Positions 26,711-32,000 of a stretch of DNA of 32,000 bases are shown piece by piece. The notes beneath the pieces were generated by a model. That model saw nothing but the letters and a program-made list of their open reading frames with translations. It had not been told where the DNA came from and ran no database searches. This stretch comes from Sinorhizobium meliloti. Lineage in GTDB: Bacteria > Pseudomonadota > Alphaproteobacteria > Rhizobiales > Rhizobiaceae. Within the stretch, counting starts at the first letter, position 1; every line of letters starts with the position of its first letter. Location: contig NZ_JAGIOS010000003.1 of NCBI RefSeq assembly GCF_017876815.1, positions 1,350,001 through 1,382,000 of the forward strand, written 5' to 3'. Both the position numbers and the translations under genes were made by a program.

Positions 26711-26920
26711 TGAGCTAAAAAAAGCATTCGCTGCCCAAAACCGCGTGGATCGAGGGATGCAGTTCTGTCGAGAACCCGACAAAGGTGACAATATTGGCTT
26801 GAGTTCGCTGTCTGGTGTCAGACTCGCGATTGGTGTGCCGATCTACGACCTGCGTTGACGCAATATCAGGTATACAGTTGCGTGAGGTGCAGCCGAATTG
26901 CGAGCAACGCGCGACGATAG

Positions 26921-27976
26921 TCAAACGTTGAGGTGACTGAGGGACTTATTGACTGCTGGAATGATCTTATCTCCCCAGAGCTCTATCTGACGCAGCATCG
27001 TAGTCTGATCGAGGTCTCCCAGTTGGGTCTGAATCGCAATCTGGTCCGGCTTCAGAATTTCGATTTCTTGCAGGAGGCGGTCAATGACTTTATTTATGCT
27101 ACCGATCGGCAGGTTCTCCCGCATAGTCTCGAGAGACAAATCCAGCTGCGTCGGCGTTGCCTGCAGCATATAGCCATCGTGGCTCTGCTGACGACGCTGA
27201 TGAAGCGCTTCGGATAGCTGGCGCTGGAAACGTGCGTTGTCGAGATAGCGGTTGATCTCCGCTCCGTCAGCGCTCGCGTAACAGCAGCGCAGCAATGATA
27301 TCTTCGCGTCGCCAGGGCTCTTGAACTCGGCAGCTGCTGCCTCCTGGATCATTCCTCGCAAAGCACCCAAAGTCTCCAATCCGTTGTGTAGCGCGGTTAC
27401 GAGGAGATTATGTCTCTCACGATAAGCCCGCCGCATACTGCTCGGAGACCCCGTTGCGATCCAGATCGGCGGCGAGGGCTTTTGAATAGTTCGGACCGAG
27501 ATCGCAGTCGGAGGGATCTGCATAAAGTGGCCGCTGTGCGAGAAGATTTTCTGACTGAGACCTTTGAGCACAATATCAAGATATTCCGAAAACATGGCTG
27601 GCGCGTTATCAATGTTGACGCCGAAGCGCTCGAATTCGAACTGCTGATACCCTGAGCCAACACCGAGCTCGAGGCGGCCGTTCGAAACTACATCGGCAAA
27701 ACCGATTTCGGCGAGCAAGCGCTGCGGCTGATAAAGCGGCAGGACGCAGACAGCAGTCCCAAGACGAATTCTTTTTGTCACGCCGGCGCAATGAGCGACC
27801 ATCATCAGCGGCGACGGGACCAGGCTGTAGTTATTAAAGTGATGTTCGGCGAACCAAGCGGTATCGAAGCCTGCCTGCTCAGAAAGGACGGTTTGTTCAA
27901 TGGCGTCGTGGATGACGCTGTCCGACGTTTGGTGATAGCCGCGCTGGGTGGCAAGAATGAATGTCGCGAACTCCAT
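26921..27976 (-). CDS. LLM-class (luciferase-like) flavin-dependent oxidoreductase
   Basis: 351-aa ORF: GFDTAWFAEHHFNNYSLVPSPLMMVAHCAGVTKRIRLGTAVCVLPLYQPQRLLAEIGFADVVSNGRLELGVGSGY. Confidence 0.85.
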   Translation of the reverse strand: MEFATFILATQRGYHQTSDSVIHDAIEQTVLSEQAGFDTAWFAEHHFNNYSLVPSPLMMVAHCAGVTKRIRLGTAVCVLPLYQPQRLLAEIGFADVVSNGRLELGVGSGYQQFEFERFGVNIDNAPAMFSEYLDIVLKGLSQKIFSHSGHFMQIPPTAISVRTIQKPSPPIWIATGSPSSMRRAYRERHNLLVTALHNGLETLGALRGMIQEAAAAEFKSPGDAKISLLRCCYASADGAEINRYLDNARFQRQLSEALHQRRQQSHDGYMLQATPTQLDLSLETMRENLPIGSINKVIDRLLQEIEILKPDQIAIQTQLGDLDQTTMLRQIELWGDKIIPAVNKSLSHLNV

Positions 27977-28210
27977 GCAGTCTCCTTTGTTCGCTATCGG
28001 GAAGACCCGATGTAGGACGCAGGTCGTAAAGCCTTAGCCAATCCAGCTTTCGACGATCGAGTAAGCGGCCATCTCGCGAGAAGCTGCCTCTGCCATTTGC
28101 CTTGAACCGCAGAGCGTGTCTGCGGATTCAAGGAAACGTTCCATCGAAAAATGCCGCAGCATGCACTTTGCGCCCGAGTGTGCTGGCCTGGACTTAAACC
28201 CCTGGAATCC

Positions 28211-28378
28211 TCAGCTTCGTGCGATCGTCATCACATAGCGATTGCCAGTTAGATCAGATTTGCTGACGCAACTCGGCCCGAAGTTTGAAGTCAACCCGCC
28301 ATCCACATTGAGGATCGAGCCGGTGATGTAGGAAGCGTCAGCCGAAGCCAGAAAGCAAGCGGCGTCGATGTTGCAGAT
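28211..28378 (-). pseudogene. short-chain dehydrogenase (SDR), C-terminal remnant
   Basis: The minus-strand translation IDAACFLASADASYITGSILNVDGGL is the conserved SDR C-terminus. It starts directly at the stop of the upstream gene, so the Rossmann and catalytic parts are absent. Confidence 0.55.
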
Positions 28379-28959
28379 CAATCATGGTCGTTCGCCTCCG
28401 ATGTTGGTCCACATCTCGGACTGGTGCCTTTGAGAAGCGCATAAATCGGATCATTCGGATACGGCGCTCCAATTGGCCGCCGTGAAGCGAACCTTTCGCT
28501 TTCAGGCAGTCCGGGTGGGATCTGCTGCTCAATCCAATCGTAAATCACTGTTCGGGCTATGATGCGCCACTCCCCTTCCCGCTTGTGGAACAGATCGCCG
28601 TAGCGGCCGCACAGGAGCACCTGCCGTATCTCACCGCCTGCGTCCGGTCCACGTTGAAGCGCCGTGAAATAGCTCTCGACCGTGGCCTCTGATGGGCTGG
28701 AGAATTCAATCAGTATATTCGCTATCTGATGAACATTGCGCGGCTCGGTCTTGAAGATGCCAAGCGCAAGTCGGATAAAGCCCTCGGATGGACCAGAATA
28801 GCCCCCATGGTTGTCATGCGCATCCGGCCAGTACGTGCTGCGCAGCGCTGCCTCATCCCCCCGGTCGATCCCGCGGCAATACCGGTAGAGGCAGTCTCTG
28901 ATGGCCTCGCGGTCGAGTAGCTCACTGATATTGGCCTCGTCCATTGTTTTTCCCACCAT
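28378..28959 (-). CDS. SnoaL-like / NTF2-fold protein
   Basis: [42 protein letters not shown]...[26 protein letters not shown] is the typical SnoaL_4 pattern. Confidence 0.75.
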   Translation of the reverse strand: MVGKTMDEANISELLDREAIRDCLYRYCRGIDRGDEAALRSTYWPDAHDNHGGYSGPSEGFIRLALGIFKTEPRNVHQIANILIEFSSPSEATVESYFTALQRGPDAGGEIRQVLLCGRYGDLFHKREGEWRIIARTVIYDWIEQQIPPGLPESERFASRRPIGAPYPNDPIYALLKGTSPRCGPTSEANDHD

Positions 28960-29022
28960 CGCTGAGTTTGTTAGAACCAGTCAAAATTAAATTTTTGAGC
29001 CCGAATACATGACCCCCATAGG

Positions 29023-29510
29023 TCATCGGTCGGCTCTCTCCGCAGCGATTCCTGATCCTCCAGATTGCGGGAGATTGGCCAGGTCAAAGCCTAACGCGGC
29101 AGCGACCGTGTCGAGTCCGGCAATAAAGAAGAGTACACCGATGCCCCGGACTTCCTCATCTGTTACGCTACGACCCTGGACCTGCGCCTGCACGATGTAT
29201 GTCATGAAATCGGCAGCCGATTGCTTCCGACGGCTCGCTGCAAGTTCGTCGATGAAACTTACGATTGATTGGGCCGCTTCGGTACGTTTAACATCATTGC
29301 CGTGGAGCAAGTCGCTCACCCAACCAATGAGCTCGTCGGATCCGCTGTTTGAGAGCCCCATAGAGTAGTCGAAGAGAAAGCGGTCGTAGTGGATACATTT
29401 ATGAAACGGCGAGCGTCATTTGCGACGTCGCGGTCCCTTGCACGGGTGAGGAAGGGCGCAATCGCTATTCTCGGCCACGATTGTTCGAGGGCAAGAAAGG
29501 GCCCGGCCAA
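29023..29510 (-). pseudogene. cytochrome P450, internal fragment
   Basis: DEEVRGIGVLFFIAGLDTVAAALGF is the I-helix AGxDT motif. Upstream sequence is in another frame, and there is no heme loop or N-terminus. Confidence 0.6.
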
Positions 29511-29549
29511 ACCGGGCGCTCGTATTTTGCAATTCTAGGTCTAAATGGC

Positions 29550-29873
29550 TCAACCTATTGCGTTCAAAATCCAGGAGATGAGTGCCGTCTTCGGTGCGGC
29601 TCCGACCCTGGTGTCGGCTACTTCCCCTGCCTTGAACATTGCAAGCATGGGGATCGAGCGGACGCCATACTCGGCCGTCAGCTCGGGATTTTCATCGATA
29701 TTGAGCTTAACGAGCTTGACCTTGCCGGCAAGCTCGGTGGAGATTTCTTCGAGGCTGGGTGCAATCATCTTGCACGGGCCGCACCATGGTGCCCAGAAGT
29801 CAACTACGACCGGTTCGGCCGAGTTCAGAACCTCTTTCTGGAAATTGGAAGTATCGACTTTCAAAGTAGGCAT
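29550..29873 (-). CDS. trxA: thioredoxin
   Basis: 107 aa with [17 protein letters not shown] (WCGPC active site) and the full Trx fold length. Confidence 0.9.
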   Translation of the reverse strand: MPTLKVDTSNFQKEVLNSAEPVVVDFWAPWCGPCKMIAPSLEEISTELAGKVKLVKLNIDENPELTAEYGVRSIPMLAMFKAGEVADTRVGAAPKTALISWILNAIG

Positions 29874-30002
29874 TGCATTCTCCGTCCGGACGGGCAGTGT
29901 CCAGTTGTTATAGGACGCGTGCTATTCGATACCTTGATCTATGTCAAATCAGTACGCAGTTTATATTTCGATATATTTCCTCATCAGGCGACAGCAACCT
30001 GC

Positions 30003-30160
30003 CTAGGAACCGCAGCCGCAGTCGATAAGGAGGTCGAAGCCGTAGCAGAGGATGACGTCAGATTCGACCGGCGAAGGGAGCCGCCCGAGCGCCCGCTTCA
30101 GCATCCCGAAATCGGAGCGGCCCTTGTCGTCGAGAACAGCCGCCTCGCCATCCATACACG
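30003..30160 (-). pseudogene. ATP-dependent DNA ligase (LigD-like), short internal remnant
   Basis: The minus-strand translation DGEAAVLDDKGRSDFGMLKRALGRLPSPVESDVILCYGFDLLIDCG resembles the DGE(I/V)V...GR.DF..LQ......YYAFDLL block of ATP-dependent ligases. It is terminated by TAG. Confidence 0.5.
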
Positions 30161-31405
30161 ACGTCGACCAACTGCAGCGCTCCTTCTAAGTTGTGCTAGG
30201 GAGCGCTGCCTTTCCAGCAGTGCAAATATGGAGCCTTACGCCGGCTCATCAATGGCGAAGGTCTTAGCTTCCCGCCGAGCGAAACCTTTTGAATAATCCG
30301 GAGTTGTCAGTCCGGGCGGCACTCGTCAGCCGCTCGGTGAATGATGCCCTCAGAGCTGCACAAGCAGTCCCTTCTACGCAGCTTTGAGGCGCCACCACCT
30401 GTAAGCTAGGAACGAATAATGCAGGACCGACAAAATCACGAGCTACCGGAACAAAGTGCATTGACCGACGAGAATACCGTATCAGCCCAAGAGACAACTC
30501 TTGCGATGCGTCGGAAGTCTGTGGGCACCGCGGAGCCGATCCCGGTCGCCTGGGGCTGCGGTATATCTCGGCAGAAGATGGTTGTCGCTTCGCTAGAAGC
30601 CAACCGCATCAGCGGCAGGGAAGGCAGCGCCGCATGTGCGCGCCATCGCGTTGATCGGCGCTTATCGGGAGCGCTCTCGAGAGAGCTTCTGCGGTCACAG
30701 ATGGCTATAAAACTGAAAAAGGCCCTCCCGCCGGTCTGGCAAGAGAGGCCTTTTGCCCGATCGTTCGAGTTCACAGGCAGGAGTATATCTCGCGTTTTCG
30801 GAGCGCAAATGCAAGCACCGCGTACAGATGAGGCGCGCTCGACCTGCCCCGATCAGCGGTATTCCTGAGGTCATCTGGGCATCGAGTAAATCGGATTCGT
30901 CCGTGTGCCCCGCGTCAGTTCCACTATCTTCCATGGCAGGCCTCTTCGCAGCATCCAAGCCGGGCGATCCAGCTCATCTGTCTTTATCACAAGCACCAAC
31001 CACGACTATTATGGCTCGGGAAACTCTTCCCGTCGGTTCGAACTCATGTCCGAGCAACGATCTTTGTTGCGGAGCGTTTCGTTTTCAGGGGTTCACCGAA
31101 GGAGGAGAGCGATGCTTCCTGCCGAGCGCGTCAAGATAATAGACGGGCTGCAGCTCTCGCAGCAGTCGTTTTCGTAGCGGCCTTCATTGCCGCGTTACTG
31201 TCTTGATGGCTCGATTTTCAAATGATGCCGGAGAATCCTGATTCAGGCTGATCGTCGGGCTCGGCCAATGTCGGTCTGGGTTCGATCGGCCTAGACGATA
31301 GGGCTTTGAGGTCCTCGGCGAGGCCGGCAAGCTGTGCCGCAACGTCCAAAAGATTCGAAACGGCGCTATGTGCCGCGATCTCTAAGAGTCGGACTCGAAA
31401 AGGTT

Positions 31406-32000
31406 TCAACGATATCCATATCTTGCAAGGCGTCTGGTGAGCATGCGGATGTGAGCGATGGTGATCCACGCTTCTGCTGAAGCGACGGATTTTTCGAAGT
31501 CCTTGGCCAGTCTGCGGCATCGACCCAGCCAGGCGAAGGTCCGCTCGACGACCCAGCGGCGCGGCAGGATTTCAAAACCCTTGGCCTTGTCGGAACGTTT
31601 GATGATTTCGAGTGTCCATTTCCCGATTTTCTGCAGCCGCTTTTTGAGCTTGTCGCCCGCATAGCCGCCATCAGCGAAGACATGAAGCAACCACGGCCAC
31701 CGGTTTTTGATGGATTTCAGGAGATCGGGAGCGCCGTCGCGATCCTGAATATCGGCGCTGTGCACCATGAGGCCGACCATCAGCCCGAGCGTGTCGACAA
31801 TGATGTGGCGCTTGCGGCCCTTAATCTTCTTGCCTGCATCAAAGCCACGGATACCGCCGCTTTCCGTCGTTTTAACGCTTTGGCTGTCGATCGCGCCCGC
31901 TGTCGGCGAGGCTTCTTTCCCCTCCAATTCCCGCGCCTCCATGACGAGGTGATGGTTGATCCGTGGCCAAAGACCCATTGCCCGCCATTCATAGAAATAT
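31406..32000 (-). CDS. IS5-family DDE transposase, C-terminal part (continues beyond the window)
   Basis: AIDSQSVKTTESGG...GKKIKGRKRHIIVDTLGL...FADGGYAG...ILPRRWVVERTFAWLGRCRRLAKDFE. The frame is still open at base 32000. Confidence 0.85.
   Translation of the reverse strand, partial: YFYEWRAMGLWPRINHHLVMEARELEGKEASPTAGAIDSQSVKTTESGGIRGFDAGKKIKGRKRHIIVDTLGLMVGLMVHSADIQDRDGAPDLLKSIKNRWPWLLHVFADGGYAGDKLKKRLQKIGKWTLEIIKRSDKAKGFEILPRRWVVERTFAWLGRCRRLAKDFEKSVASAEAWITIAHIRMLTRRLARYGYR

Noticed and set aside
30716-30754. A terminator-like hairpin AAAAAGGCCCTC...GAGAGGCCTTTT.
   Set aside because: The stem needs a bulge, and there is no credible gene on either side for it to terminate. The surrounding ORFs (30419-30868 and 30436-30774) look spurious.
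31112-31177. A 21-codon ORF with a very strong SD (AAGGAGGAGAGCG-ATG). An overlapping frame encodes a hydrophobic tail, RRAAALAAVVFVAAFIAALLS.
   Set aside because: It is too short and unsupported, and the hydrophobic frame has no start codon. It could be a relic of a small membrane protein or toxin, but the sequence alone cannot support that.
1-32000. A scan by eye for CRISPR arrays, tRNA or rRNA genes and long tandem repeats.
   Set aside because: No regularly spaced direct repeats, cloverleaf-like segments or rRNA-like conserved blocks were noticed. A tRNAscan, Infernal or CRISPR-finder run would be needed to exclude them formally.

Overview
This window is a mosaic, IS-riddled accessory region of the kind found on rhizobial symbiosis plasmids or islands. 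That assignment is an inference from gene content: acdS/acdR, a thiOSGE remnant, a MucR/Ros remnant, a repC remnant and P450 genes. Intact-looking genes are a secreted multicopper oxidase, a small ORF and a Tat-signal tyrosinase (1588-5631), plus corA, a LuxR-type regulator, a NYN/LabA protein, ACC deaminase with its Lrp-type regulator, thiS, an LLM flavin oxidoreductase, a SnoaL/NTF2-like protein and thioredoxin. At least six IS elements or fragments are present (IS6, ISL3, IS5/IS903-like, IS110, IS3/IS407-like, IS5-like at the window end). At least a dozen genes are decayed: two P450s, two c-di-GMP proteins, thiO/thiG/thiE, repC, SDR, LigD and MucR. The most unusual content is an orphan cassette at 11242-13492. 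It holds two divergent tandem paralogues of a ~250-aa protein I cannot assign to any family, followed by a trypsin-fold protease that looks damaged at both ends. Paralogue GC is about 50% on the lines I counted, against 60-65% in the flanks. I did not recognise any rRNA, tRNA or CRISPR array. All homology statements come from motif recognition by eye, not from searches.
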